From Eledone cirrhosa (taxonomy: Eukaryota): a DNA stretch of 64,000 bases. Made by a program: the position numbers and the translations under genes. Under the pieces are notes generated by a model. The model made no database searches. It saw only the letters and a list, made by a program, of their open reading frames with translations, and was not told where the DNA came from. Each line of letters begins with the position of its first letter. The stretch's first letter is position 1. Of the stretch, positions 14,735 through 31,040 are shown piece by piece. Location: NCBI GenBank assembly GCA_964016885.1, contig CAXHJY010000551.1, positions 1 to 64,000 of the forward strand. The letters are read 5' to 3'.

Positions 14735-16898
14735 CTGTGTGTGTGTGTGGATAGATGACAGCTAACTAGAGAGAAACAACCAAACAATGACAAGTTGTGA
14801 GAAGGAAGAGATAAGGTTTGTCTGACAGAACGTAAGTGGACCTCAATGTTACTGTGGTAGTTTAGGGCATGCCGGTCACCGTGGAGGGGTAGCAGAAATA
14901 TCAACAAAAGCATTCCAGCCCTGAACATTAATTACATTTCGGGATTGTCTCCCCGTATCTGTGATTTTTATATATTTACATATATTGACCAGATTATGCG
15001 ATTTAGATGACTGATATACAAACTTAACCTCAGGGTGGTTCACTGTAAATTCTGGCGAAACCTTCATTGCCTACCAAATCTAGATTTACTTTTAATTGCA
15101 TTATGCAACATAACAGAATATAGATATATTACATTAATAAATTAGAATTGATTTCTGTCGGTTTCAATGACGAGCGTTCTTGTCTTTCAATCCAGAACAG
15201 CCTGCTTATGAAATTAACCTGTAAGTGACCCAATCTTCCACAGACTCGCGTATCTTTTTTACGTATTCTCAAAGGGCGGCCTTTCAATTACAAATACCGT
15301 CGATATGACGGGCTTACTCACAAAACATGGGTCGACAAGAGGCTAAGTTAAATAACACTTATCTAAGATGCCACACCATTAGTTTGAACACGGAAATTAG
15401 TAGTTGCGAAGTGAATTCATAAAACATTTGGCAATGACAAATAAAAGATAATGTAGAATATAAAATTTATGTAAATGTACCTGGCCTTATCACTAAAGGG
15501 TTATATTAAACTGCTTTAACGATTGCTTCTTCTAAGACAGCAATGTGTGGTTTTGACATCTTGCTATAGTTTATAACAGGTCAAGCAGCCACGTTTAGGT
15601 TGCCTTGTTTGTTAGATCGACGTCAAATTTTAACTAAGTAGAAGCAAATGAGCAGATTCATTAAAGCGTAAAACCAAATGCCTTGTGGTGTAGTTTCCTG
15701 CTTCCTGCAAGGTGAGTTCAAATTTCACTAAGCTCAAATTTACCTTTCTTCCTTACGGTGTCAATAAAGTAAAATACCAGACATGCGCAGTCGACAGGCG
15801 GAAGTCTTAGTACATTGAACGAGGTGGCTTGCGGTTTTTGTTTTTACTCGTTTCTGTTTTGAGTTCAAGGTAGATTTAATCGGTCGACCGGTTAAATGCT
15901 GCCAGACGGCTATTCGTGCCTTGAGTTCACACCAACAAAAGGATGCATTCATTCTTCCTTCCCGCTATTTGCGTAGGCCTTTAAATAAGATCACGTGTAC
16001 TGTTCTTCCCTCCGTCATTAAACAGTAAGGAAAGCAATGCAGCACTATAAGTCCATACATTTGGGGGAAAGATCATAATATATGCTGCTACTGCTGATGT
16101 TGCTGATGATGATGATGAACATGGTTTCCAATACGTTGGTTTGAATTGTCTTTCTTTCAATGCATTAATCATACTTATACCGATCCCACAAGATAGTAAA
16201 ATCTCCTTCATATACACTGTTACCTGATATGAGGACAGGGTGCATTGGATATTTGAGTCCTACGTAACCCTAAAAAGAAAGGGTGATTATGATTGGTTTG
16301 TTTGATCATGGTTGAGTTGGCGCTAAACAACAATTTACAACCGGCATTCCTTTTATAGATACTGGAAGACAGATAGAACATGGTAGACAGTGTAAACTCC
16401 TTTGATCGGGTGCCTACTGGACCATAACTGACCTGGGGCTAAACAACAACAACAATAAAACCAATATCGAAAACAACAATAACAGCAGCAGAAGCAGCAA
16501 CAATAATAATGAAAAACTAACTAACTAAAGAGTGAAATGAAGAAACGGTATGGAAGAGGGAGAGATATAAAAAAAGAGAAAGAAAGAGAGTGCAGTGAGG
16601 AGGGGATGATTTTCTGATATGTAGCTATTTTATTTTCTCTGCGGCTGCCTCATTGTGTCTGTCTGTCTGTGCATGTGTTTGTCTATTTCTTTGTCATTTT
16701 GCCTAGCGGTGCGTTTGTCTGTCTGGCTGTCTGTCTGTCGATGTGTTTGTCTGTCAGTTTGTCAACAATCACAAACAGATACACAAACTAAACATCTGTG
16801 GGTACAGGTATCGACTGAATGGCATTCTCCAATACATTCACGTATACAAGCATTTACACAACATTACACACTGGCGCACACACACAAATACACACACA

Positions 16899-16938
<40 letters not shown>

Positions 16939-18047
16939 ATATACATATATACACACATTTATACACACTCAGTCATACATATATATATATATATATGTAT
17001 ATGTATATACATATACAAAATATACACTCATAAATACATGCATATATACATAAACACCACATGTGTATACACGCATACGAACATATATACATACACACAA
17101 CCATACATATATATCAGTTAATGTAAGACAGAAATACAAAATTACACACTCAATGACATTTAGATCAACACTCACACAAATGCATATATTACACGTCGGC
17201 ATGCACTCATACACTCTTTCTCAAACACACACATACGAGTGTTGCAATTCTGTTGGTTCCGATAACGAATGTTCCAGTTAATTCGATCAACTGAATTACT
17301 TGATTAGGAAATTAACTTGAATGAGGCTGAGTATTCCACAGATGTCTAGCTGGTCACTGAACCTACTAGAAATAATAATGCAATCTCCCTCAAATCCCGT
17401 CTTACAGAAGATATATTTTTACTTTTTAGCAAGGAGGAAAATGCAGTTGTCATGACCCCCTTTTATAGGAATTCACGACTGTTGGAAGGGAGGCAGGTAT
17501 CCACAAACCGGAGACCTGAACCCGATTTATTGCGCGTGGTCTTAAACCGGGTGGCAGATTAAGTTTACAACCTACAGTAACGTATAGCGGGATGTGGAGC
17601 CAGAACAAATATCTCAAGGCATTTCTTCTGACGCTCTAACAATACTAGCCCCAAAAGATGAAAAGTAAATGCGAACATGGAGAGATTTGAATTCAACAAG
17701 GCAGAAAACTGAATTAAAATCAGCAAGGCGCATGATCGAACAACTCTGATAATTTCCCAGATTGGAAAATGATAAATTATGATAGGATGCTTCCAACTGG
17801 AGAGACTTGGTCAGCAATATTATATATAAATATACTCACTGAATGATTATAAAGCCATCCATATGATTTATATTAAAATATTAGCGAAGACAGACACACA
17901 CATTAAGAGTAGTTTATAGATTAACATATCGTTACAAATAGTTTCAGTTATAGGTTTTCTTTCATGGAAGGTAGCTGGGTTTATTATAGCGTCGGAAGAT
18001 TGCTTAGGTTATTAACTTAAACATGAAACTATATAAATTAACACCTG

Positions 18048-18131
<84 letters not shown>

Positions 18132-18392
18132 ACTATATAGAGCATTTGTAGATTTTTCCAAATTGAAGGATAAGTATTTACTCTTAATTTTATTCTGAGT
18201 TAAGATTCCATTGGTTTTTTCCCTGGATTACACAAAATCTGTGGATAAAATTTCTGTCTTGACTTTTTTTGAATTGGGATTGAATTATTTTCCCATATCT
18301 TACGTTAAATATTTTCCATCTTGACGTAATAGTCACTTATATGTATGAATTACTGTTGGCTTCTTGCTCACATTAAATTCTCTATTTTCATT

Positions 18393-18423
<31 letters not shown>

Positions 18424-19056
18424 ACATACGCATACACACATACATGTGTGTGTGTACTGATGCCTGTGGTGGAGCTGGTGGTAATGTTGGTGTTGTTGAT
18501 AGTGGTGACTGTCACTGCTTGTTAGATTAAACAGGTAAAATGTGCTTGATTGAGAAGGTGAAGGGGCGAAAGAAATAAAGTCAGAGAAACAATCCTTCGT
18601 CTATTTCAATCTATAAAGTATACTTATGAGGCGTCCTTTTGTGTATATCCTTCACAATAGTACCATAATGTGAGTGTATATTTATGTAAGTCCTTTTATG
18701 TGTGTGCATGTAAATATATATTTGCATTTATATTAGTGTATGTGTGTGTGTGCGTTTGACTGTGTGTAATTAAGTTCTCTTTTAGTTTGTGTGTTACAGT
18801 GTGCTGTATAAGAGGGAGACGTTGCAAGTGAGAGGTGGCAACAGTCACATGCGACAGCAATTATCCTACATAAGAAGGAGGACTGTGGGCTAATTCTGGA
18901 ATTCTTGTTTATATACAACAACCTTGGTACACGTATAATCTCACACCATAACATACATATAAACACAGTCACATATACAGGTACATATATATACATATAT
19001 ATTACAAACTACTAGGCAGGCAAGACACGTGCATACACGGATATTTAAATCTTATA

Positions 19057-19149
<93 letters not shown>

Positions 19150-19380
19150 AATATGGATGTATGTATTTATTTATAGCCGGCGGGCCAAACATGTGATGGT
19201 ACTAGCAATAGGGTGCGCGTGGGTGGTGGTAGTCAATGAAATACAGCCTTGGTTTTTACAGTTACATACAGACTGCAGAAGGGAACATAATACAAAACAA
19301 TGATAAGAACAACAACAATATAGGCTGTAATGACTAATTCTTTATCATTATCATATATGAGGACATACATATACGATTAT

Positions 19381-19432
<52 letters not shown>

Positions 19433-19960
19433 GAGAAAGCAAAATAATTAAACGTAAAGAAAAATAAGAAGAAACGAATAAAAAATTAGAATCCTATTCT
19501 ATAACCTAACATGCAAATGTCTCGAACGCTCGATTATTTCCTTATCCCCATTCATTTCTTTTCTTTTTTTTTTCTATGGTGTAGTACAAACAGTCCGAAG
19601 CGCCAAAGACTGACACATTTATGCATTACAGCGTTTATTCATTATTTCGTTTAGTTGTGTTGTTTTTTATTATATTTTAACTATGGTTTTGTTCGCCATC
19701 TGTTAAGCGCACATCAAAAAGTTTACCAAAATCCACAACAGCAACAGTAACATACTCATTTTCTACAGCAAACACAATAATTTAAATGGCCGCAATAATG
19801 GTTTCTGATATAGGCACAACGCCACCAATTTTGGAGGAGGGGGAATTCGATTTAAATGGTTGCAATAATAACAGCAGAAACAACACACATAACATTGCCG
19901 ACCCAAACCAACTACGAACATTCACTTTCACTATGACATGGACAAAATACACACACACAC

Positions 19961-20032
<72 letters not shown>

Positions 20033-20127
20033 GTGTGTGTTAATACATTCATATACATATGTATATATATATATATGTATACATATATATATATATGTGT
20101 GTGTGTTAATACATTCATATACATACG

Positions 20128-20163
<36 letters not shown>

Positions 20164-20439
20164 CATGAGTGTGTGTCTGTATGTGTGTCCGTGTGTAACC
20201 CTAAGTTTCCTTGACAGCTAACTATTGGTGGTGACTATGATGTCATTGCTTTAAACTTGGGATAATTCCCTCCAATACACACGAGATTGCAACAAAATAC
20301 GATAACACAAGACTGTTTTTTTTTTCGACTAAAAGCAAAAAATAAAAAGAACAACAATTGTACGTATAAACCAGAAAGCATTTAACTGAAAATGAAAAGC
20401 GATGAAACGAAGTATAGGAACTTCTGCAGTTTCCCTTTA

Positions 20440-20570
20440 TCAAATTCCACTCACCTTACGAGGTTTAGGCCAATACAAGCATATAGTACAAGACACTTGC
20501 CTAAGGTATCGCGTAGCGGGACTAAATCCAGATTAATGTATTTGCGAAGCGAAAACCTTAACCCCGCAAC
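20440..20570 (-). mobile_element. SINE family S2 fragment (aagacacttgcccaaggt core)
   Basis: Core tagtacaagacacttgcctaaggtatcgcgtagcgggactaaatcc; related copies near 200-295, 12790-12910, 15320-15435 and 62735-62820. Confidence 0.6.
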
Positions 20571-21249
20571 TACGCTCTCTCTCTCTCTCTCTCTCTCCCC
20601 CTCCCCACTCTCTCTCTCTCTCTCTCTGTATATATGTGTGTGTATGTGTCCGTATATTCATATGTGTGTGACGAGGTAAACCATAATAGCTATCAATCCG
20701 GAAGAGATATTGAAAGTAGGAGAAAGAAACGGTGTAGAGAACACACACACACACACAGATTGACAAACATACAAAGATGCATTTATGAGTGCAGAAAGAC
20801 TACAATGTGGACTTTACACAAATACACTGTTGAACACAAATCGTTATATGCACACAAATTTGTTACGTTATTTTTCAAACCCGAAAGAATGAAAGGTAAA
20901 GTTGACACTGTCGGAATTTGTACTCAAAGCTGAAAATGCCACCGAGTTTGATCCCGGAAGTCATTCTAACTGACGCTCTAATGGTTCCACAAATGTGTTT
21001 CTCTTGATGTTTAATATAAGCAAGTTAATATAAGAAGTTTACGGTGGTGGTGGTAGTGGTGGTGGTGGTGCTGGGGGTTATTTTAAGTTTTCTATTATTC
21101 AAATCTATGATAAGTTGACACCAGTACATGACTGTTACTTTTTGTCAGATTCAGAATGATGAAACGCAAATCCTAAGTTAGTGTTTTTATTTTAATTTAT
21201 TTCATATCTATTATAAACATTAAATCGACCCCAGCACAGGAATAATTCA

Positions 21250-21445
21250 TTGGATTGGCAGCATCGGTGAAGCGTAGGGCAACATGCTTTATGGCATATA
21301 GTTAAGGCCCTTTAGGTTCTGAGTTCAAATGCTGCCTAGGTTAGCTTTGTCTTACGGGGTCGATAAAGTAACGCGGCGGTGCCGATTTAATCGAATTACG
21401 CCTCGCAAAAATTGTTAGCCTTTTCCCTATAACAGAAACCATTAT
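21250..21445 (+). mobile_element. SINE-A copy
   Basis: tggattggcagcatcgg...ctgagttcaaatgctgcc...gtcgataaagta...gaaaccattatt. Confidence 0.75.
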
Positions 21446-22418
21446 TTCATCGACTCTTGTATGAAAAAGCAAATTTCACTCAGGCGTTATTTAAACTAAC
21501 AACGGAAAGTGATGCAATATAATTCCACAAGATAATTTACAGGTTGCTCTAACAATTGTACTAATCGAAACCATTCTTGTTGCGGGGCGCTTGTATTCCC
21601 AATATCTTAAAACATCATTAATCCCAGATATGTTGTGGCATTCTTCCAAGTCGTACTAGCATGGAAAAAGAAACGTAAAGACGATAACAAGCTGTATATA
21701 TGTATATATAGCTGAGGTAACTGCCAAATCCAATATGATATTACTGTGAGTTAGACGGAAGAGCCGGGTGGTTATTATAGTTTCATCAATGGCTTAGTGA
21801 TTGGGATGTAAAATTCATGGACAACATATTTAAGACTTATTACTGACTTCCTAGACTCCTAAGCCTAATTTAAGATACTATAGGGTGGTCTAGTTATTTA
21901 ATTAATTACTTCTTATTTAATTAATTAGTTAGTTAATTGAGAGGTTAGCTGAATGAATGATTGGCAAGTAAGTTTGTTTATTCGTTGCTTCTTTGATGTA
22001 CACTTTAACTGCAGTGTAATATTGTTAATTTCATATCCCAACAATGAGGAAACATGTAAGTAGCCTACCGACCTACTAGAGATAAAAGCGATAGCTACTC
22101 TTGGCTCATCTCATATCCTAACGTCTTAAAATGAAATATCGGAAATTCATGTCCATACACACTTACAAGGTAATTGTAGTCGCACAAGGTAGGAGTCAAA
22201 AACTCTTGATTAAATTGTGTAAAGTTGTTTGGAACCCCAAACCACGTGTTTAATTCGCACACGCACACATGTATAACATTACACACACACACATATATAC
22301 ATATATATGTATATATATATACATAGTCCTGGAGGCTTAAGTGTAGGGCAGATAACCTTATAACGGACATGGACATGTATCTATGTGTGTGAGTGTATAT
22401 ATATATATATGTATATAT

Positions 22419-22608
22419 AATAAAGAGAGTGTGGTAAGAAAGCAGGTTGACCATAACGTACCAGAGTAGTCAATACTGAGGGTAGTAGAGTGGGTAATAG
22501 GAAAAGATTCAGGACCCCGACGACTGAGCTCCGGCTATTTCGATAGCCAGATCCGGATCTAGCTGTCGAAACGGCCGGAGCTCTGCCATCGGGGTCCTGA
22601 CTCTTTCC
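22419..22608 (-). mobile_element. PLE-like fold-back insertion, family B
   Basis: Palindrome centred on gatccggatc (~22555); same tail as 12308; flanked by (TA)n. Confidence 0.75.
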
Positions 22609-23229
22609 ATATATATATAAATAGTCGTGGAAGCTTAACTTTTGGGTAGAAAAGCCATATAATGGTTTCTGATTCAAGCACAAGCATAACAATTGTGGAG
22701 AAGGGAAAAGTCAATCAAATCAACTCCAGTGTGTTACTGGTACTTTATTCTATGGACCACGTAAATGAATGTATTTATATAAATATGTATCTACGTGTGT
22801 ATGAGTGTGTGTCTCTCTCCCTCTCTATATAGAGACATATACAGAGAGAGAGGGGGAAGTGTATATGTATGTATGTATGTATGTATGTGTCTGCTTGTAT
22901 AGGTATATAAGGTTTTTACATACAGGTGCCACGCCCTATTTGTTTCAGTGGGGAATGAATTTGAATTCATGCCTTTCCGAAGAACATCAGCAAGCGAATT
23001 AGGAACAACCCAAATTGTTGTTTTTCGTTATTAATGTATATATTTATTCATGCACGTGTATGTGTGTGCTTGTATATATATATATATATATATATATCAG
23101 AGAGAGAGAGAGAGAGAGATAGGGGGGGGGGACATAGATAGATATATATATATATATACAGAGAAAGAAAGAGAGAGAGAGTGGTTCAGGTGAAAACGGC
23201 AAGAGCTCAGCTGTCGGGACTCGACACTA

Positions 23230-23271
<42 letters not shown>

Positions 23272-23677
23272 GTCTGTCCTGGTGTTAATATGACATGCAA
23301 ATATTCCAAATATCCCAGATTGGTGGAGCAGAATGGCATGCTTTGGATTTTTAGTGGAATTGAAGTATGCTGAGTTCTTTCTGGTTTTCTGTAGGACTAA
23401 TATGCTCATCGTTCATATACTGTAATCAGACCCTTCGATATATCGAGAAATAGTCAACTCTTGAACCCTTATTTTATGCATAGTTAGTAACAATTGTGTG
23501 GCCTAATTCGTTCGACATGAGTGGCTGTGCCTTAAAGGGTTCCTGTTTTCTTCGATATTAAAGAGATCCCTTTTCTCCATGTTAGTTCAATCAGACAGCA
23601 ATAGCAACAAAATTCAACCCCAAACCACACCTTTAACATCTTAGATTAGGCAAGAATAAACTAGATGTTTTCCTGTA

Positions 23678-23782
23678 TCCGAGGTTAACTTTGCCTTTCA
23701 TCCTTACGGGGTCGATAAAATAAAGTACCAGTAATGTACTGGGTAATTGCTGGCCTTGTGCCTAAAGTAGAAACAATTATAT
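23678..23782 (+). mobile_element. 5'-truncated SINE-A inserted in a family S3 copy
   Basis: ccgaggttaactttgcc...gtagaaacaattat. Confidence 0.8.
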
Positions 23783-24408
23783 TTTCATACATACCCGTGA
23801 AATGGTCAAAGATGGAAGACCTTTTACTACAGATCTGCGTAGCCAGGCCTGACCTGGGCCTCAACGATGATGATAAAACAATGAGTAAAAAATGACCGAA
23901 TGATTAGCTACTCTGGGGTCACGAATAATGCCCCCCCCCCCCCCCCCCCCCCTCCAAGATTATTAATTTTTCAGATTTTTTAACCCCCTCACCCTCATTC
24001 CGTTTATTAAAATGTGCTACACCAGCGACATTTTATTTTAAGTGTTAGCATCTCTGTGACAATTAATTTTCTTTGGAGATCACAAAAGATTATACATGAC
24101 AACAAAGTACGTTACAAGAAATCCCATACTTTATAAAATAAACAGAATAGGTTAGGGTCTCAATATGTAAACTAAACGACTAATTCTTGTTTAAAAAAAA
24201 ATCAACGGAGATCCCTAGATAAATTACTGATTTTTCACCTCCACCCTTCGAGTACCTGGACAAATGTATTGAGTGAGTATGTGTGTCTATTTATGTGTGT
24301 GTGCGAGAGAGAGAAGGGGAGCAGAGACAAGAGTCGAGAATTTATGTGAGAGAGTGGGAGCTGGATAGGGACAGGAGCAAAGAATGAGTGTTTGAGTGAG
24401 ATAGATAG

Positions 24409-24495
<87 letters not shown>

Positions 24496-24656
24496 AGGAC
24501 GAAACAGATACCGAAAGTGAGAGAGAAAGGAAGAAATACAGATATATAAAGAAAGAGAAAGGAGAGAGAATAAAAGAGAGAGAAATAAAGATGTTTTTGC
24601 GAAATACAGATAGAGTAAAGAAGAGAGAAAAAGAGGGAGAACATGGAGAAGTTTGG

Positions 24657-24758
<102 letters not shown>

Positions 24759-24923
24759 TTTTGGGGAAATACTGAGAGACGTGTAGGATGGAAGAAAAAG
24801 AGAAAAAATAGAGAATGTTTAAGGTAGTTGATATTGTGTGTAACCGGCAACAACATTGTGTTGTGACCCACACCAAACTGACTGACTGACACCTGTTTGT
24901 AACAGCAGCAGAAGTGAGCCGGT

Positions 24924-24975
<52 letters not shown>

Positions 24976-25464
24976 TTGCTTGCCTTGCGGAAGCTAATGA
25001 ATTATGGGTTCGATTCTTTCAGCGGGAAAAAAATAGCAACTTTATATTGACCAAGGTTTGGAGCAGACGGGTAGGGTAAGGTAGATACAAAAAATAGGCG
25101 ACAGGAACCAACTGTCTCTCACTAGAGATAACGGTATTCATTATTTCTAAAATCGACACAAGGCCAGCTAACGTGTGAAGGGGATATATGGACCCCGATA
25201 CTTAATTAGAACTTTACTTTATCGACCCCGGAAGGATGAAAGGTAAAGTTAACCTCGGTCGGATTTAAATGCCGTAAAGCAATGTGTTCGACTCTCTGAC
25301 GATTCTGTCAGAGATTATAGTAGAAAGGTTAAGCCCCATACTCAGATATAATGACAAAGATAGGGGTGAGGAAGTGAGAAAAAATCCCTTAGGTGAGTAA
25401 AACGTTACGTCAGAGATGTGTCGCAGTGTAATCCGAACGATAAAATTTAGCGTTAAAGGGACAC

Positions 25465-25555
<91 letters not shown>

Positions 25556-25574
25556 GAGAGAGAGGAGGGCGAGT

Positions 25575-25660
25575 TGTGAGTCCCGGGTTCAATCGAGGGT
25601 AACCACAGTAATCAAGGTACTCAATAAATCAGTAGAGTGTATTCAACAAATTTATATATT
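25575..25660 (-). mobile_element. PLE-like family H tail fragment
   Basis: cccgggttcaatcgagggtaaccacagta...ggtactcaata matches 56858-56911. Confidence 0.6.
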
Positions 25661-25905
25661 AAATTTGTTTATATATATATATAGAGATATATATATCTAT
25701 ATATATATATACACACACACACACACAATCACATACATACCATGTAAATTCATAAGGGACGTATATATTTATACATTCATCCGCGGTTATTTCCACCTGT
25801 GGATAGAAGTAGGAATACACACATATCTACGCACCCACACATATCTAATGACAATCATACAATAATACACACGCATATACATACATACATACATACATAC
25901 ATACA

Positions 25906-25937
<32 letters not shown>

Positions 25938-25950
25938 AATAAATATATAT

Positions 25951-26026
<76 letters not shown>

Positions 26027-26277
26027 TGAAATAAATAATTTAAATATAACAGGATGTAAAAAGCGCACCTACCTTCGACGCATAACATGACTAGACCCCA
26101 CGTGGAGTCTTTTCCTTTGAGAACTACTCCGGACCAGATATGAAAAGGTCCTTGGAAAAACTCCGTTCATACGTCAAGAATAGATATTTTTTATTACTTT
26201 CCGTCTTCTTTAAATGTAATTATCTCCCTTTGGTTTGAATATAACAATGTGTGAACGTATGCATGCATGCATATGGA

Positions 26278-26346
<69 letters not shown>

Positions 26347-27132
26347 ATATATTTGTGTGTGTGTATTTGTACACACTACAGTTTTTAAATGATTTTGTAA
26401 ATTAATGTAGCGTATGTGCGTGTGTGCTGAGGTCTGTATATGTGAATACGGATTTATTTACGTATGGGAATGTGTGTATCTATATAATTATGTATACATG
26501 TGTGTGTGTTTGCGTGTGAGCTTGCAGGTGAATTTCTGTAAAATTTTTCAACTTTTTCACTAATTTCATACAAATGCTTTTTTTTTTTGGCTTTTGGTTA
26601 AATCAGTGGGTTGTAATTTTAAAAAAAAATGTATACACGTATCGTTATAAACTTTTATCAACGATTATTTCAGGTGTGTACAACTTATATATATATATAA
26701 TAAAATATTTGTGTATATAGATTGTGTGTGTGTAGGGGGTATCTCACAAACGAACAAACAAACGAAAATAACAAAATGATTAAAAACTAATTTTAACACA
26801 TTTATATATATATATTTATATGTGTGTGTGTGTCTCTTAATGTGTGTTTGCGTGTTCATACACACAAGCACACAAACACACTCACTTCCTCACACGCACA
26901 CAGACACTCACTTATCTCTCTCTGTATTTATAGAGAGATATAGATAGATAAATGTGTGTGTGTGTGTGTGTGCGTGTGTATAAGTATATATATGTGTGTG
27001 TGTATGTCTAAGTATCTACATACTTATATACATATAAAAATATACATGTATATTAATAAATGTGTTGCATGCAAACGCATTTCACATTTAATCGACTGGC
27101 ATATTATACCTGTATGTATGTATGTATGTATG

Positions 27133-27164
<32 letters not shown>

Positions 27165-27360
27165 TATTAAAAAAAGTAAATTAAGATATTCACTTTGTTA
27201 TTATCGTTGTTGATGCTGTGGTCGTTGTAGTCGTGTCGTTTCTGTAGCTGTTGTTTGTTTTGTTATGATAGTTGTTGGTAATTTTTGTACTGTAAAAATC
27301 CAAATCGTCATTCTTGTTTGATAATATCCGATACGAAGGCACTATCTATCTATCTATCTA

Positions 27361-27453
<93 letters not shown>

Positions 27454-27606
27454 ATGTGCTTACTTGGAACTTTGATACGACTTTTTCTCTTACTTTGTAT
27501 AAAATTCCAAATCCGGTAAAACAATTAGGAATATGATGTATACTTTTTCGTTACAATAATAATAATAATTATTATTGATTATTAGAATAATGCACTCTCC
27601 TCTCTT

Positions 27607-27656
<50 letters not shown>

Positions 27657-28058
27657 ACACAAACACAAAGCGTAAATATACTATATATATGTATATATAT
27701 ATATATGTGTATATATATATGTATATATATGTGTGTATATATATATATATAGGTACAGAAAATTTAAGTATGTATGTATATATACACACTCTCTCTTAAA
27801 TCTGAAGCAGGTATTATTAATAAGTTATATTTGATCCCACACATACATTTACACACAGCCAGCTCGCCACCAGCGTAAAGCCAGTGAAGCTAGCATGTCA
27901 GACAGTCACACACTTCGTCTCTCACTCGCTCTCTCCCTCCCTCTCTCTCTCCCTTTTCTTTCTCTCTCTCTCTCTCTCTCTCTCTCCCTGTTTGACTATT
28001 TCCTCTGTCTCTCACGCACACTCTTTTTCTTCACACCTTCTTTCTCGATATTATATTT

Positions 28059-28105
<47 letters not shown>

Positions 28106-28214
28106 TCTCTCCCTCTCTCTCTCTCTCTCTCTTTTACCTGTCTGTTTGACTGACTGTCTGTCTTCTATACGAGAGTCGTTTTGCCGGTGTTGCCGTGGCG
28201 GGGTGGTAGCCAGC

Positions 28215-28380
28215 ACCGAGGTGATGTTGGTGGTGGTGGTAGTAGTAGTAGTAGTAATAGTAGTAGTAGTAGTAGTAGTAATAGTAATAGCAGTAGTAAT
28301 AGTAGTGGTAGTGGTAGCAGTAGTAGCAGTAGTAGTAGTGGAGTGGTGGTGACAATCATGGTGGTGCTGGTGGTGGCATT
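28215..28380. repeat. (GTA/GTG)n trinucleotide microsatellite
   Basis: Read directly; similar tracts at 44623-44692 and 63053-63432. Confidence 0.95.
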
Positions 28381-28595
28381 GAAACAACCCAGTTACGGTG
28401 GGGGCGACAGGACTGATTGTTAATAGTTTTTTTTTTAAATGTACCTTCTTAAGTTACATTTCCACCTACAGGTGTGTGTGTATGTGAACGTACACATGCA
28501 CGTATATATATACACGCCTAACGCTACGCACAAACACACACTTTGTAAACACCAATTTAAGATCGATAAAACAACAGCCACAGGGCTGTGTATAT

Positions 28596-28648
<53 letters not shown>

Positions 28649-28753
28649 GGTATGTATATGTTTGTGCGTCTGTGTTAGTTGTGTGTGTACATAACTCTCT
28701 ATCTATCTATTACTCTCTCTCTCTCTCTCTCCCTCTCTGTATTTACACACACA

Positions 28754-28790
<37 letters not shown>

Positions 28791-28796
28791 GTTTTT

Positions 28797-28855
<59 letters not shown>

Positions 28856-30580
28856 GCGTGTGTGTGTACAGGTAACAATCCACAGGTGTCCGTTAAATAA
28901 AGATGGAATTTTCAAAGAAGATGTATCTGTGTCTCTGTTTCTATCGCTTACTGCAACATACACTCTCTCTTTCTCTTTCACACACACCACCACCACCACC
29001 ACCACCACCACACTAACAACAACACCTCACCACACAGTGCAAAGGGGTCTCTGTCGGATTCGACTATGTCTGTTTCAGTTCTTTGATCAACGGAACAGTC
29101 TGCTAATGAAATTAACGTCCAATTGATGGTATCTTCATCGGCATATGTGCCTTTAATGTAATTGCCAGGAAGATTCAGCGTGAGAATATTTGTAACATGG
29201 TACCCATGTAAATTACAGGTACGACTTATTTTTTTACAGCTGACTGGATCAACGTGAAATATAGTGTGTTGTTCACGGACACAATGCATCGCCGTGATTC
29301 GACCTCGTGCCCTTAATATCATGAAATGAACGCCCTAATAGCTAAGCCATGCTCCTTTACGGTTAAACAATGAAAATAACATACGCACGCTCACCCTAAA
29401 TATAGGTTTCTAACAGACATAAGGGAAAATGTCGGTTAAAATGTTTCGCAGTATTTTTTCCGGATCTCTGGGTTCTGTGTTCAAGTACCGTCAAGATCAA
29501 CTTTGCCTTTCAACATTTCGAGGTGAATCAATTAAGTACCAGTGCAGTAATGTGGTCCTTTCTGAATACCTGTTTCATTTTTCCTTTCTCTTTCTCGTTA
29601 ATAAATCGCGAGTGTTAAGATCTGGAGAGAGATGGGTTCCACTAGGTTTAAAATGCCCCAAAACACGCCGCATTTCGGATTTAAGAGCCCATTTATGCAT
29701 AGCTATAAGTGTTCATATTCAGATATCTATATAATCGATAATGTCAAAACTAGTATTTGATTGGTACTATATTTTAGCGATGTTCGTAATGATTGTAGGC
29801 AAAATGAAACACGATGGGATTCGAACTCAGATCGGAAGAGGCCGTAACTAAACACCACTATATATCGAACCTAGAATTCGTGCTCACGAAACAAACTTCC
29901 TAACCACGGATTTATTTCGATATTGATGAAAGATACATTTTTCCCCATAAAATGTTGAACACTGTAAATATGGTATGTTAGCCGTTACAATACCGATTCT
30001 GTCGTCAAAACTAATTTTTCTGCTGTTTAATTAATGACTATAAGCAAAAACAAGCTAAACTAAGTATAGACAATATTTTGCCGTATCTGACCTGGTTCTC
30101 TATACTCTGAGTTCAAATCTCGTCAATGTCACCAGGTTATTTCACCCAGAACATCGGGTGAAATAACCTGTAGTATTTGTTCCTCCTCTTTGCTTTTTAA
30201 GTTCATATCATACTGTGTTCTACTGGATGGTAGACTTAAACCGTCGCCCGTTTTAACATCATCGCCTGGCATTTGGATGTCTTTAGCGAAGCAACTATGT
30301 TGCAAGTATTCGAACGATGTCTCCGGTTTGAAGATGCATTTTTCCCTCTTAGCATAATATATTTGAAACAAGTTTTGAAAGCAGAATATAAAACTCGTAA
30401 CAAAATATCGATTCTGTAGGTCTATCACACTTGTTTTTCTTTAAAATATTATAAAACAACACAAAGAAACAATAAAATAAGAAAATTGAATATACCTTTA
30501 TACGTAGTTACAAAACGAGACCAAGTAAAAAGAATATACTACTCGTGGCACACACACACACTCACACACATATATATATA

Positions 30581-30957
30581 TCCGAGTGATATTGCCTGAC
30601 GTGAGAATGAGTACTCAATCTTTCTATTATGACTAAGTGACGAGTCTTGTCTGATGAGAGTGTGAATACACAGAAGAAACCTCAGAGAAACAAAACACAC
30701 GGACGTCGCTAAAATAAATGACCAGTCATCCTCACAACACGAAATATGAACAGACCTTCTTCAACCCTTTATTTTTGATTTTTAAATTTTAAATTTAATA
30801 TTTAATATTTAATAAGATGAATTACATCGAAACCGGTAATATTTCAAATATTTTATAAAACCCCTTTAAAAAAAAAAAAAATTGTTCTCCTCTTTTTCAA
30901 AAATAACACTTAGCCGGATTAAAGAAGAAAAAAAAGATTCTTCCGAGCGGTTTCATT

Positions 30958-30960
<3 letters not shown>
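30581..30960. mobile_element. Composite PLE-like remnant between (TA)n tracts
   Basis: Tail hairpin on the minus strand (30609-30646); CTGATGA 30651-57 ... GAAA 30676-79; a second eroded core aagatgaattacatcGAAAccggta (~30813-30838). Confidence 0.45.
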
Positions 30961-31036
<76 letters not shown>

Positions 31037-31040
<4 letters not shown>
